Of a DNA stretch of 64,000 nt, positions 1 to 12,641 are shown one piece after another (position 1 is the first letter of the stretch; every line of letters starts with the position of its first letter). A model generated the notes under the pieces. That model ran no database searches. It saw nothing but the letters and a program-made list of their open reading frames with translations, and had not been told where the DNA came from. The stretch spans positions 161,262,001 through 161,326,000 of the forward strand of contig OZ320313.1 in NCBI GenBank assembly GCA_976226885.1, given 5' to 3'. Source of the DNA: Iphione sp. A-MEVVRFRX5. Taxonomy: Eukaryota. The position numbers were made by a program, and so were the translations under genes.

Positions 1-758
1 ATATACAAAAAAAACACTCAAATTAGTCCAGAGAATGGCACACTTCCCTATGTGAATACACATTAATATCTCTACAGGCCAACCCATACACATCAGTACA
101 CGCATTTACACACAATTGCACACATATGTGCACACCAGACAAAGTTGCATACAAAAGTGAATATTAATACTCACTTCTGTGCACACAAACATACATTTAT
201 CTATACACTACACAACGGTGCATAAACCAATAAACATCCATACACACATTTGAAGACACAAGTGCAGACATATTAAAGACATGTACTCATTTAGACATCC
301 GTACACATATCTGCTATATACAGCTATACACATATCTACAGAGATTAGACAGAACCCGCAGTGTTTTGAGTCAATGGTTCAGCTTACATACTACTTCACA
401 TATCAATAAACATATCTATATATATACAGTTGACCTAGTGTTATACGGGGGTTGCAGTTCCCTGAAGTATGTGAAGAATAATGTTATTACTCTCTAGAAA
501 TCGCCGAATAAATGTCTCATGATTAGTAAACCAGTTCATTATGACTATTGTTTAAATAAGACCGCGTGCGGGGATGTAGCTAAATTCGAGATTTGTTCTT
601 AAACAACATCTCTATGATTTGAACAATTTACTAACTACACATTTGTAATATAACATATTCAAATCAAATTCATGGAACTTATTGGTAAGGTTTTGTGTTT
701 ATATCTTATTTAGACATTTTTCGACTTGACTTAATAAGGTTCTTGTTTACATCTGTAG

Positions 759-2848
759 TAATGGCACAGAGTCAGAGACCGATCAAGTGGAATATGCTAC
801 CAGAGGTACGATGACAACTGCAGATGAAACAAGCAGTTCAACACAGACTGGTGTTCAATGTAGGTTTATTATGCCTTAAATGTATACGTGAATACACTAA
901 TTCATCAGTGACCATTAACAATAATGCTTTTTTAGACAATAACAATTCAACATTCTCAAGTTAAACTGACATAATTAACGCTATTATATTCTGATTAATT
1001 GATACATTCACAGGGATAAACCCACTTGAGTTCCTAACATGCTGCAATGAAATAACAGAGCTTCGAGATCAGAATGCTCGTACGCAAGTTGACATCAATT
1101 GGTTGCATGCGGATATTAACAACTTGACTACAGAAAGAGATAGACTTCGCGATGAAAACAGTCGTCTCATTGCTCAAATAGACGAGCTCAGAGGTATAGT
1201 GCCTATTTCTAGGACAGACAATCAAATGAAAAATAATGGTAATCCAGTGTTATTTAGGAGAAAGTTGTCCGAATATACAAATGGTGGTGTTAATACATTA
1301 GGTTAACCTAGTCAAGGCTGAGACAAGTATGAGATAAAGTCTCAGTGTGACCAGGACATGGAGCTACAGACTCTCTCAAACGACTATGCCCTCATAGGTA
1401 ATAATGTCAATACATACATGTTGTATAAAAAATGAATTAATATGAACAGGTTCTTATGAGAAGTAGTGAAAAATAAGGCTATTTTAGTTGCTTGGAATGC
1501 CTTTTTAGTGTAAATTACTTTCAAAAAATCTAGAAACACTTAAAAATATACCCTGATACATGATGCCTCAATATATCATTAGTCCTCCTCATGGTAATAC
1601 CTACACGCAATGTTTGTCTTATTTGTGTTGAAGCCCACAGGCATCAATAGTCTCCATTAGGTTAAGAGATAATATTGCCTTGAAAAATTGAATGATTTGT
1701 TTATAAGACTTTTGAATGTATTTCTACTTTATACAGCGTCTAGTATGGTAGAAACTGCACTTCTATATGGTGAAAAGATAAAAGTGACAGAACAATTGGA
1801 AGAAAGCCAGGCGTTGAATGAGCAGTTACAAGAACACAACCATGAACTTGCTGAAGAATGTTCTCTGCTACAGAAACAGATAGAGGAATTTGAAGCATCA
1901 GCCGCACAGCCTGTTAGCCTAGAAAAAATTGTCGCCAGTAAAATCAAGGGACTTTTGAAGCACTACACTGGTTTCAACATTGACATGTTCAATACATTAC
2001 TGCAACTCTTACTGCCGGAGCATACGACAAAGGGAACACTAGTCTATTCGAAGAATGCAGCTGGAACTAAGAAATTGAATCATGCGGATCAATTTCTGCT
2101 CGTATTGATGAAACTGCGAAGAGCAACGTGTTACAAGGACCTTGCATTCAAGTTTAATATATCCCATCAAGATGTTTCTGTTATTTTCACAAATTGGATT
2201 TCCTACATGTATTTCTGCTTCTCCAATGTATCATTCTGGCCAAGCCGTGACGAAATCATCAAAGTAATGCCGGCTAAGTACAAGGCTGAGTTCCCCAATA
2301 CTTTGGCTATCATGGATGGAACAGAGATCAGACTACAAAAACCGAGTTCACTAGCCTGCCAATCACAGGTTTATTCAGAGTATAAAGCATCGCCAACACT
2401 AAAGGGACTAGTGGTGTGCGATCCTCGTGGTGGTATAATGTTTTTATCCCATCTTTTCTCTGGCAGTATATCCGACCGTGATTTAACACAAAAGAGTGGC
2501 TTTTACGATGTACTTAAAGCCCACTTGAAATCCGGCTTGATCAAACGTGGCGATGGCCTAATGGCCGACAAAGGTTTCAACATTTACGACAAGGTGGAAG
2601 AAATGGGAATGAGACTTAATATTCCCCCCCGTGCCTCAAGTTCGAGACAGATGACCCAGGAACAGGTACGCGAGACTAGGAAAATAGCGAAGTACAGAGT
2701 GCTTGTGGAACGTGTCATCGCAAGAATCAAATGTTTCAAAATAGTCACTAATCGAGTGGACATTGTAAGCATGACACATTTTGATGAGATATGGTTTGTC
2801 TGTGGAATACTATGCAACTTTCAGCCGCCACTTGTAACAGACCCGTAA
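759..2848 (+). CDS. PIF/Harbinger-superfamily (ISL2EU-like) DDE transposase, 5'-partial, spliced
   Basis: Exons 759-859, 1014-1193 and 1737-2848 join in phase via GT-AG introns (464 codons, no stop). Contains an HTH_Tnp_4-like segment (DQFLLVLMKLRRATCYKDLAFKFNIS) and a DDE_Tnp_4 triad (IMDGTE, ADKGF, VERVI). The N-terminus is not resolved in the window. Confidence 0.9.
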
Positions 2849-3587
2849 GAAGGTTACAGACGAGAGACCGAGTAGAACAAGGAGGAGAAATTAACAATGT
2901 AAAGCTAAAGGATGCATCAATATGCCTTAGGAGCATAGTAACAGCAAAGTCTGTGATAATGCACACATTTGAGATTGCATTATTAATTTCAATGAGTCTG
3001 CAAATTTACATATTTCTTGTATTACAATTAGCATACGCCCTAAGTGAATTGAAAGACGTCTTTGCGGTAAGACTACATAAAGAAGGATAGTTCCATACAA
3101 GATAGTATTGCATGATATAACATGTTTTAACATGGAGCCACGTTGTTGTAAGTTGACATTGAATGCGATACTGAAATTTTACATGAAATTTTTTGGCAGA
3201 ATAAGTTATCGTTATGCAAAAATTAAAAAAAATATGATGATAGAGTTGAAACGTGTTAAACTTTCTCTCGTGTTATCAATTTATAGACAATCTCCGAGTA
3301 CAGCATAATTGTGACTTATTCAATATCATATATATACATGTTTTGTCATGTAAGTGACATACATCGGTACATTAAAGCATAGAAAATATCAAAATTTATA
3401 CTTACGTAATCTATGTTTTAAAGTAACTCACCATTGTACAGGAAATTCAAGATATCAATTTATACACAATAACCAAATCTTTCTCTGAAATCATTTCTCG
3501 GCAGGAATGGAATAAGTTATCAAATAAATATACTTGAGATTAGAAAGAAAATTGTGAAATTATAACATCATCATACATGAGGGAGAA

Positions 3588-5890
3588 TTACTTCTTAATG
3601 TGTTTCAGATAAAAGTTGTACAATTTATCAAGCATTTCATCGCAAAATCCAGAATCAACATGAATCTTTTCCTCGTACAGCTCACGCACAGTATACAACA
3701 CAAACACACACGCCTCCACGCCAGACACCAATAACTGTCCTTGAATCTGGGTCCAATGCGGGTGGTTCCGTTTCAGTCGCCACTGCCCATTGACATCCTC
3801 TAAACAAAAGGCTTTGTTGGCACGACTCGCTGTTGCTAGGTCATCGTTTCTTCCTTTGTAAGGACATTTCACTTCCATGAGATATGTAGCCCCATCTTGG
3901 CAAATGATCCCGTCTGGCGAAGCAGCCAAGAACGGAAAAGCAGGATTTACTAATACACCAATAGAGTGTACATGGTGTCCTGGATGTGCACTGAGATAGG
4001 CTGCCTTAGCTTTGCTTTCACTGACTTTGCCGTGACGCGTAGCTTCCGTAGAAAAAACGTGGGGATCCATGAGAGATCGGATGAATTTTTCATTGACTTC
4101 GGCTTTACGTGATATGATCCGATGGAAGTTCGAAGAAGTCAGCCGCTTCTTCCGGATCTCCCACCATTTACCGCAATGTGACTGCTCCTTGGTGTCCAGC
4201 TCAATCTGACGTGCCTCTGACATATTGACATTCAATTCTTGCCATACTGACGGATCGAGATGGGCGATGTCTGTATGGGAAGTTTTAGGGAATCGAATGT
4301 CTCCACAAGGTTTGCTAGCCGCGTTGAGTTCGTTGGACTCAATGATTAATTTGCCCTGAAAGAAAAATCATGTGTAATTCCAAATTCCACAAACCATATC
4401 AAGAACTAAGTAAACCAAACGCACCAGATATGAAATTACATGAGAGCAAGGGCAATATTGAGACCAGCAGATGCAACAAGGCTGCTCCACCCCAAAAAAA
4501 GAAAATGTATGTAACACTGGATTCAAAACTTATACAAGAGAGGCATCATTTTTTTATTTATGACCATTTAATTTCATATAATTCTGAAGAAATAGCCAGC
4601 AATGCATCATGAAAAAAATTACGACCACTACATTTAAGAACAGCGAGGTAACTTCCAAACTCACAACACGTATCCCTAGTAGCCGATGGTATAAATGTTT
4701 CAAGGCATCATTGAATGCATGGCATGTTACCCGGCATACTACATTCAAATGACTTAAACACAAAAGCAATAAAAGCAGAAACACATGATTACTGACTCTC
4801 TTCAGTTTCGGAAATATACTGTAATGGTGACTTATAAACAATAACATGTACTCACATTATAATCTAAACCAGAGCCTTGTGGTACCTCACCGAACGTCGT
4901 CTCAATCATGATTGAAGGCCCTCTGGTCAAATAGGCAGCTGGCACATTCGTGTGTGATAAGCAGCTGAAGTCCATACGCTTTACTCGAGGCCCCCTTTTG
5001 GAAATGAAGCCACTATTTAATTATGCTACCAACTTTGTACCTCTCCTTACATGATCCAGTGGTGTTGAGCCATTCTCATGCAAATTATGACCAGCCGACA
5101 CTTAAATGATGCATGCGACTATTTAAAATTTAATGGATGACAAAAAGGATATACCTGTTGTCAGTATAATCCGCCATCACTGGTTTCCTTTTCCTGTCCA
5201 GATTAGAGGGTTTGAAGAAAACTAGAGATGATGATGGTTATGGAACCAACGGATGTCCACGAGGCCTACCCCAAGCTTGAGGTACTGATGTGCATGATGG
5301 CTGAGCGGGTACATCGACCAAACCCTGCTTTTGCCATTCCATAAGGGCATACACTACAGCCAATACATGCGAACATTCGCCGTTAATTCTATAAATGAAA
5401 ATATTCCTATATCGACACAGGTACTCATTGCAGAGGAAGGTACAAATTCATTCAGTGTGGCTGAAGAAATTATTAATACGATAATTACAACCCTCAATCA
5501 GTGAAAATACAACTGTTTCAGTGAAAGTAATGCATGAGAAATGCCGGGTGACTTAAAACTTATCAAACTATCAACCTCAAGAGTACCAATTTAAGAAACG
5601 TACCCCGCTTTGCACGAACAAGTCGGCATCTCGATCTCTTTGCCTATTGTTAGGTCGATCTTGTGAGGTGGCTCAGTCTTTTTCTGGCTTTGATAACAGT
5701 ATGCCCTTAATTGTATCTTGTCACCTTCATGGAAAAGTTTCAGGCTTTCCAAATAGCTGCCCCATTGAAATTTCCTGGCCTGCACATGCATCCTCTTAGT
5801 TATATCATAACTGAGCATTTCATCAGAAAAATTACGTGGAAGGTCAGTTATTAAAGCCCCACAAGAAGATGAAGTAGGTACTTCTGACAT
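3588..5890 (-). pseudogene. SWIM zinc finger + YqaJ-like (lambda-type PD-(D/E)xK) exonuclease, 4 exons, one in-frame TAA
   Basis: Exons 5890-5604, 5388-5155, 5012-4856 and 4355-3588 join in phase (482 codons). SWIM motif CSCKAG|INGECSH is split by intron 1; also TTFGEVPQGS and YqaJ motifs WWEIRKKRLTSS, ASPDGII, MEVKCP, QIQGQL. TAA at 5240-5238 (VP*PSS). The start codon at 5890 is inferred. Confidence 0.85.
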
Positions 5891-7112
5891 GGCTTGTTCT
5901 TCGCTGATGTCAATAATGTTTGATGTTGCAAATGAAAACGTTGATCTTTCTGAGGTGTGTATACTTTTTAGAAGTGCCAAACCTAGAATGAAATATGTTA
6001 TGAACGTAAGGCGCTTGTTTGCACAATTGCTTATTTCCAAATTATTTCCCGTACAGACTTCATCTACATATACTAGTCTGTATATGTGCAATGCTATCAA
6101 CGGAATCAAAAAAAATAAAGTAGACATAATAGCACAGTTTTTATTAACCAGTATCACCACAAAGGACGTTTGAAAGATTCATGCGAATATCACAAAGAAA
6201 TATTATATAGAAAATATAGGGAGGAATCATTGAAATGTGATCCAAAAACAGGAATCCATTTAATGAAGATTGATTGAAATTTATTTCAATAAGGAGCAGA
6301 AAAGAACTCCTATTAATATCTCCAACTCAGTACCTTATACAGTCAATATTAACCTGATTGAAGAGGCATAAACTCATGCAGATACCAGCTGTTTCAATTC
6401 TAGGGTGAACTGTGTTACTTATTAGAAATCCAAACAAAGGTACATATTATTATGTCTGATTACAAACCTGCATAGGTTCTAAAACCGCCCAAAAACCAGC
6501 CAATACAGGCTAACAACAACCTTTTCAAGACGAATGATGAATAGTCCATCGAGGACCCCAAAATATCTTAACAATCTACTTTATTTAGATCAAATACACC
6601 ATTAGAACAATTATCTCTTAGTCATGCACTAGAAACATATGAGTGCTGTGTAAGGAATCCGCTACTGATTAAGACGCAGACTCATGCCATTTTGCATGGT
6701 CTAATAAAGTCCATGTAATCTGGCCGAGAGCCACCATCCCCATCGGGATATTAGTCATGTAGAAGATTCTTATATTTTATTGTATTTATTACTTCAGTCA
6801 GCCACGCATAGTAAAATCATAAAGGTTTTAACATGATTAAATAATGTGAATAGGGAAAATGCTAGCAGCTGACTATAAAGGCAATCATGGCCAGTACATA
6901 AAAAAGAACATCAGAAGTGGGCACCTGTCGCTATGTCGCAAAAAACGTGCGACTGAGAGACTAAAACATACGACCACAGAGGTTGGGTAGATTTCCGTAC
7001 GTCAAGATTCTTAAAAAATGAAATAAAAGGGGGGGGGGTCAATTGCTACCGGCAGCAGCCGCCGCCGCCGCCACTAAAACCTTTATCAGTCCCAGCACAC
7101 AGCTAGGAGCCT

Positions 7113-7145
7113 GGCCGCGGTGGTGTAGTGGTTAGCGCGCTCGCC
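7113..7145 (+). other. tRNA/SINE-like 5' half (Pol III A-box only) embedded in GCC repeats
   Basis: GGCCGCGGTGGTGTAGTGGTTAGCGCGCTCGCC resembles a tRNA acceptor/D-arm start; no B-box or T-arm follows. Confidence 0.4.
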
Positions 7146-7785
7146 ACCGCCGCTGCCGCCGCCGCCGCCACCTAACCCAGATCGCGGTGGTGGCGGCGGC
7201 GGCGACATGAGGGGTCCGCTGTACGGTAAGTGCCCCCAGAGGTTTTCATTTTCTGTGTGATTATATTTAATACTTAATGAAAAGCATGATATCACTGGAT
7301 TGAAATAAATGTTTTTGCCACACAGAGGTTAACATATGCGACAACTTTCCACTGAGTGCCCACCCCTGATACATCGGAGTGCTCATGACGACCAAATGTT
7401 CACAGATTTGTTTTTAAAAAAGTTGTTAGGCCATTTTAAGTAGAGATATGTCTAACATATATAAATATCAATATATTTCAGTGGAATAATATATTACTAG
7501 CTCTACATGCCTATGATTCTTCATGGGAAACACTCAGGGCTTGATGTAGTACGCTCCACAACAGTGGTGCTACGTTCACATGCGCAAAAACGTAAACATT
7601 GTGCTAAAAGGCACACATTGTATGCGACGCAACGCGTTACAACGGCGAGTCGGCGAAACGGCCTACATGTATTCAAAAACGTTGATTTTGTCACCCAAGT
7701 TCTGTCGTTTAGACTGGTACATGTATCTGGTATTTCTGACAGCTAAGTAATTATAATTTATTGTCATAGTCCCGTGTATCTGGGG

Positions 7786-7975
7786 CAAGTATATCCAAGG
7801 GGGTATCAGGGGTATCGTCTGATACCCCTCCCCCCACAGATATTTATGACTATACTATAGTTCCTACCTATAGTCTATAGGCCTATATAGGAGTACAAAA
7901 ATATTAGTTCCACCTCTTGGGTATTGGGGTATCGTCCAATACCCCCCAGAAAACTTAGGACTGGCTACGGGCCTG
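7786..7975. mobile_element. CAGGCCCGTAGCCA-TIR MITE family, copy 1 (left TIR degenerate)
   Basis: Right end TGGCTACGGGCCTG at 7975; internal GGGGTATCGTCYRATACCCC palindromes shared with copies at 9514, 37219 and 58560. Confidence 0.7.
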
Positions 7976-8642
7976 TATCTGTATCCACATCTGGATCCGC
8001 ATGAGGTCGGTGTGTGCACCTGCAAAATTAAAGTGGAGTGCCTCTATGGACCCGATCGAATCCAAATGGTGCATGTGAATTTGACCCAATTACACCCTGC
8101 CTTGCCATTGGTTGAGAGTCTGTACTAAATTCTATGTACAAAGTTTCACTTTGACCTGCTGCAGTTCTCTAATTTCTTAACAGAACTCTTTAAAAATGTG
8201 TATGAGTGATCTTTAATATCATGGCTATACATATGCAAAAAACAACTTTCTCCTAACTTTTACAGTTTGTTTAAAAGTGGCAGGAGAAACATCACCCCTC
8301 TATCTTCTAGTCTGTCAGCTATGCCATCTGGAAATGTTTAGTTTTTAGTGCCAATGCACAGAGTGCTAGTTCCTATGACAACAGGCCAAGTACCATCCGG
8401 TTTAGTAAAATGTATCGTTGTAACTAAAAATTCAACGGGTCCATTGGGGACACCCTCTGTTCTTCATCAAACTGTCCCTAATAGAGGCGTACCATCCCTA
8501 ATCGGGATGTGGCCTAGCACCAGTCTGTACAGTTCATCCACTAGATTAGGCCCTCAGAACATATTTCACACACAACACAAAGTGAGTATGAAGTGTGCAA
8601 CCCTGAGTTATAGTGAGTTAGAGAGTAAAAACCCTGACATAT

Positions 8643-9249
8643 GTGACCAGCCATGGGAAAAGGGGTATCCGGCACAAAAATGTCAAAGTGTAAAATAACC
8701 ATTATTTGAGGCCAAAAATGAAGGAAATGGAAATCTAGTTATGAAAAACCCTTTTTGTTAATTTTTCCTGTAGAATCTATTGCAAAAGTCAGTTTTTGTA
8801 AATTCTTAATATTTATTAAGTAATTTTAAGTCATGTGATCAGATATGTAAATAAGCTAATTTACATAAATGAATACATTAAGTTACCATAGTGACACAAT
8901 TTGAGGATTATTTTAAATGTCTTTATAATACAGAAATATAAGAAATGTCCTATCAAGAACTGAAACTCTTTCAAGAATATCTTTTCTAGAACAGATTCTG
9001 TGAAAGAATGAAAATTTAAGAATAATTTATATATTTCATAGCATCTAGATAGTTATACTATAGAATTTCAAGGAATGCATTAAGCATTAAATTTCATCTT
9101 TTTGAAAGGTCAGTTATATTAACTTTGAATCACGATATCTCAGGATCTAGAAGGAGTATTTACACAATCTTTACACCAAATGATAGCCAAAAATGTTCTT
9201 TAGTTTTCATAGGTTTGCACTGGAATACCCTTTTTCCTTGGCTGGTCAC
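8643..9249. mobile_element. Non-autonomous TIR element (about 610 bp) flanked by ATAT
   Basis: Left GTGACCAGCCATGGGAAAAGGGGTATCC; right end reverse-complements to GTGACCAGCCAAGGAAAAAGGGTATTC. ATAT at 8639-8642 and 9250-9253; AT-rich non-coding interior. Confidence 0.75.
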
Positions 9250-9264
9250 ATATAGTGAGCTCAA

Positions 9265-9860
9265 CTCTGAGCTGTCCCTATGCAGGCCCTCACCCTCCAG
9301 CTGCCCGACGATGCCAGGTTAAAGTGGTTGCACCTGTCCCTCACACCTTTGAGCTATCCCTTTGCAAGCCCTCACCCCTCCAGCCACACATTGATGCCCG
9401 ATTGAAGTGGTCGCACCGCCTATCCTTCACACCTCTCAGTTGTCCCTTTGCACACCCTCACCCTCCAGCCGCCTGACAACGCCCAATAGACTGATTGCAT
9501 GTATAATAGGAACCAGGCCCGTAGCCAAGTGGGTATTGGAGGTATCGTCCAATACCCCCGAAAACATTAATGCCAACAGGCTTTCATAGAGGTAAAAAAA
9601 ATTAGTTCCACCTGTGGGGTATTGGGGGTATCGTCCAATACCCTCCCCCAGAAGACTTCCTGGCTACGGGCCTGGAGACGTTCTGTCTCCAGCATCATAA
9701 AGATGTATTTTGAACTGCTTCCTCTGTCGTTGCGCCATTGCAACCTGTTTATTCCTTTGTCACCAGGTACTATGTGATCAGTCAATTGAAAATGGTTGCA
9801 CCGATCCTTGACACCTCTGAGCTGTCACCATGCATACGTGTACCACCCCTATAGCCTGTT
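9265..9860. repeat. Degenerate tandem repeat, about 85 bp unit, interrupted by MITE copy 2
   Basis: Recurrent gagctgtccc...ccctcacccctccagc...aagtggttgcacc units at about 9268, 9351 and 9437, resuming at about 9790. Confidence 0.6.
9514..9674. mobile_element. CAGGCCCGTAGCCA-TIR MITE family, copy 2 (161 bp, both TIRs)
   Basis: CAGGCCCGTAGCCA at 9514 and TGGCTACGGGCCTG ending at 9674; two internal GGTATCGTCCAATACC motifs. No clear TSD. Confidence 0.85.
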
Positions 9861-12194
9861 GCTATCAGATACTCGCCCCTAAAAACATGGTTATATAGGA
9901 AATAATCTTGTTCTGTGCTCAACTGTTGTATTAGAGGTACAGTACACCCTCACCCTGTGACCATTTGGTCAGGGCAACCACTCGGCCAGTGTGACCGCTT
10001 TTTCCCAGAGCAAATCAAATTTCAGTACATTCTCTATATGACACACTCTGCCCATGGTGACCACTCGCCAAGGGCGAACAATATGAACATGAGATTTTGA
10101 CTTAAAAACTTGGTCTTGCAAAAACTGCTCTGCAAAAAGATTAATTTGCTGTGCACCCAAATCAATAACTTAGTATGAAAAAAGGTTTTTAACATCAAAA
10201 GGAGTAAAGCTATCAGTATTGACCAGGACTCCAGGATATTAGAATAAGAGGAAGCCGATCTAAGTCAAGATTATCATTGTGTGTGCTCCCATTCCAAACT
10301 CCTGAGAATTGAATCAAACTTAATCTTACTGGAAAATTAAATAAGCCTAAGATATCTGGAAAGTATTTATAAATTCCGTTTTAAGAATCAGTATTTCCTT
10401 GATATATACTGCACCAGTAAACAGAGTTACATGTATATTAAGTGGAAGTTACATGTATAGATTCATACAGCTGGAAGCACAGAGTGAAAAGCAAATTACC
10501 AAATGAATGCAGCAAGTTAGTTTGAAGAGATTATTGAATAAAGTAACGTCTGATTTTAACTACTTTATTGATATAAATGTGCCAGCCGTCTTAAGGTATT
10601 TAACTTCCGTTGTGTATAAAACGAAAATAGTTTTCTGAAAGTCAACCATTTTCTATTCATTTAAGAGAAATTGCAGCTAAATCTTACCTTGTTAGACCCT
10701 AAACATTGCATGATGTGTTCTGATGCCAATTTTGGACTGTCAACTATCAATCAAAGCAGCCATATCTAAGTTAAGAGTAGTTGAGCAGCAAATCCCCCGT
10801 ACTACTACTAGGTGCCTTCGGTGAACACTACAGGGACAGCATTATCTCCCGAGGCTGTGCACAAGAAACACAGTCATGTAATTAGCTGTGTTGCAGCTGT
10901 AAAATGTTTTTTTATCGGTGGATAAATCATAAGCTTCTATGAGTAGAAATACAAATTTTCAAATCTGCTCATGATTCATACATAGGGATATCCAAAAAAA
11001 TTAAGCTATTGCACCAAAGGGTTGAAAAAGGACCTCGTTCCTGTATAAGGGAGGAACAGGCTGGAATGAACTGTTAGGAGTACTAAAAAATGCCATAAGG
11101 CTAAAAATCAAGCAGCTGACCACACTTTAAGTAAGCTATAGTGATCGTTGGTTATCCAGAAAAAGGATGACATGGGGATGATACCTGGTCAGTTGCTAAG
11201 TGAAGGCTGATCACATTAATTCCGATTATTAAGACCGAACTACCTGTAGACTGAAGGATGGCATAGATTAAATAGAGGGCAGGCAATGACGAGAGGACAT
11301 CTCTGATGGCAAACAGATTACTAACATCGAGATGTATATAGCGATGGGGGTGATCTGGCTAACAAGATATACAAACTAGACGCAGGATCAAGAGGGACCA
11401 ACCTAACTGACTGAACGAGGGCATGGGGTACAGCAGCCAAACACAAACTAGTATTCACAATCGAACCTCAGTCTCAACTCAGGTATAAGGAAGTAGGGGA
11501 TCTGTTCAGTGACGGTAGACATAAGAGTAGATAGGCCAAAAGGATGTTCAACATACCAAATCACACAATTAGGCTGACTGCTACAAGAGTTGGTACGATT
11601 AATGTCCATAGGCCTCTAGCAGGGCTCAATTGTTGATCTCTAATTATGGAGGTAAAAGATTTGCTGAGCTATTTAACTAGTCTATGAGTAGTAATATTAA
11701 TGTTTGTGATATAAGATAACGGCATTTATGCAAAATGATATATACATGTGTATATATTCTCTTTGGTATTTGCCATGTTTTTTGTACTGAACTAGTCTGC
11801 GATGCAGAGAGCATCACTGTATGGTTTAATTGACCAAAGTAGTAGCATGACTTACTAGGGTAGTGCAATAGAATATTACCATAATTTTCTAGGTGCCTGT
11901 ACCAACTACGGACATGATAAAGGGTTGCTACCAAAGTGGCAGTTTCAACTTTATATTCATACTTATAAAATAAGGCACAAAGTTTGTGACTACATGTATT
12001 ACCCAATCCTATTAGTTATACTGTTATAAGAAACACATAGGATTGATGATACCTAGGGATCTTTTTACTTTGTTTATTTCTTTAATAATATATGAAAAAA
12101 TGTATCCTATAAAGATACTGACTAAAAGATCAAACAGTTTGGTGGATCACTCTTGTTTGGCTCCATTCTACTTTACCGGTCCTGGTGCAGATTA

Positions 12195-12458
12195 GGCCCA
12201 AAAAATAGGTGTGTTTCTGGTAACTGCCCACCAAAAACCTAGGGAGGGAGGGGGGGTATTTTTTTTTTTAAATTTTGTCCACTTTCTTTCCATGGATTTT
12301 CTTGTTTTTCTACAGAATTCATCAAAAACATGTGCTATGAAAACACAAATTTAAGGAAATTCAACCTTGGAAACTCTTTGGAGCAAAAAAGTTCTTAGGT
12401 AGCGTGAGGTTTCACTAGGTAGAGGTGGGTTACCAGAAACACATCTATTTTTTTGGCC
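12195..12458. mobile_element. Harbinger/Tourist-type MITE family A, copy 1
   Basis: About 30 bp TIR GGCCCAAAAAATAGGTGTGTTTCTGGTAAC; TTA TSD at 12192-12194 and 12459-12461; second copy at 62766-63113. Confidence 0.9.
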
Positions 12459-12605
12459 TTACTACACCCAGCACCTTACCCCCAATACAGAGAAAATAGT
12501 CCCAGAGTTTTCATTTTTTTAATCTATATTTCTTATACTACCTCCATCAAAATCAAAGTGGGGTGTCGGGGTCTCCCCCCACCATTTAGGACTAACAATT
12601 TTACT

Positions 12606-12641
12606 TTAGGGTTAGGGTTAGGATAAGGATTAGGGTTAGGG
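12606..12641 (+). repeat. Short interstitial (TTAGGG)n-like tract
   Basis: ttaggg ttaggg ttagga taagga ttaggg ttaggg. Confidence 0.8.

Larger units (their letters stand above)
1..7664. mobile_element. ISL2EU-type (PIF/Harbinger superfamily) DNA transposon, left end outside window, right end tentative
   Basis: Convergent DDE_Tnp_4 transposase plus YqaJ exonuclease is the gene pair known for ISL2EU elements. Candidate right terminus ...GGCGAAACGGCCT at about 7664; the partner TIR is not visible. Confidence 0.7.

Noticed and set aside
550-690. Additional upstream transposase exon ending at the donor near 685
   Set aside because: The phase-compatible frame (YSNQIHGTYC) has an upstream stop with no acceptor AG between; unresolved.
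7113-7190. tRNA gene
   Set aside because: Only the 5' third is tRNA-like; no anticodon arm, T-arm or B-box.
10990-11700. Nuclear mitochondrial fragment or other decayed coding sequence
   Set aside because: The minus strand gives a hydrophobic peptide under the mitochondrial code, but I could not match any mitochondrial gene motif; left unannotated pending BLASTX.
12606-12641. Telomere or chromosome fusion scar
   Set aside because: Only six degenerate units in one orientation, embedded in repeat-like sequence.
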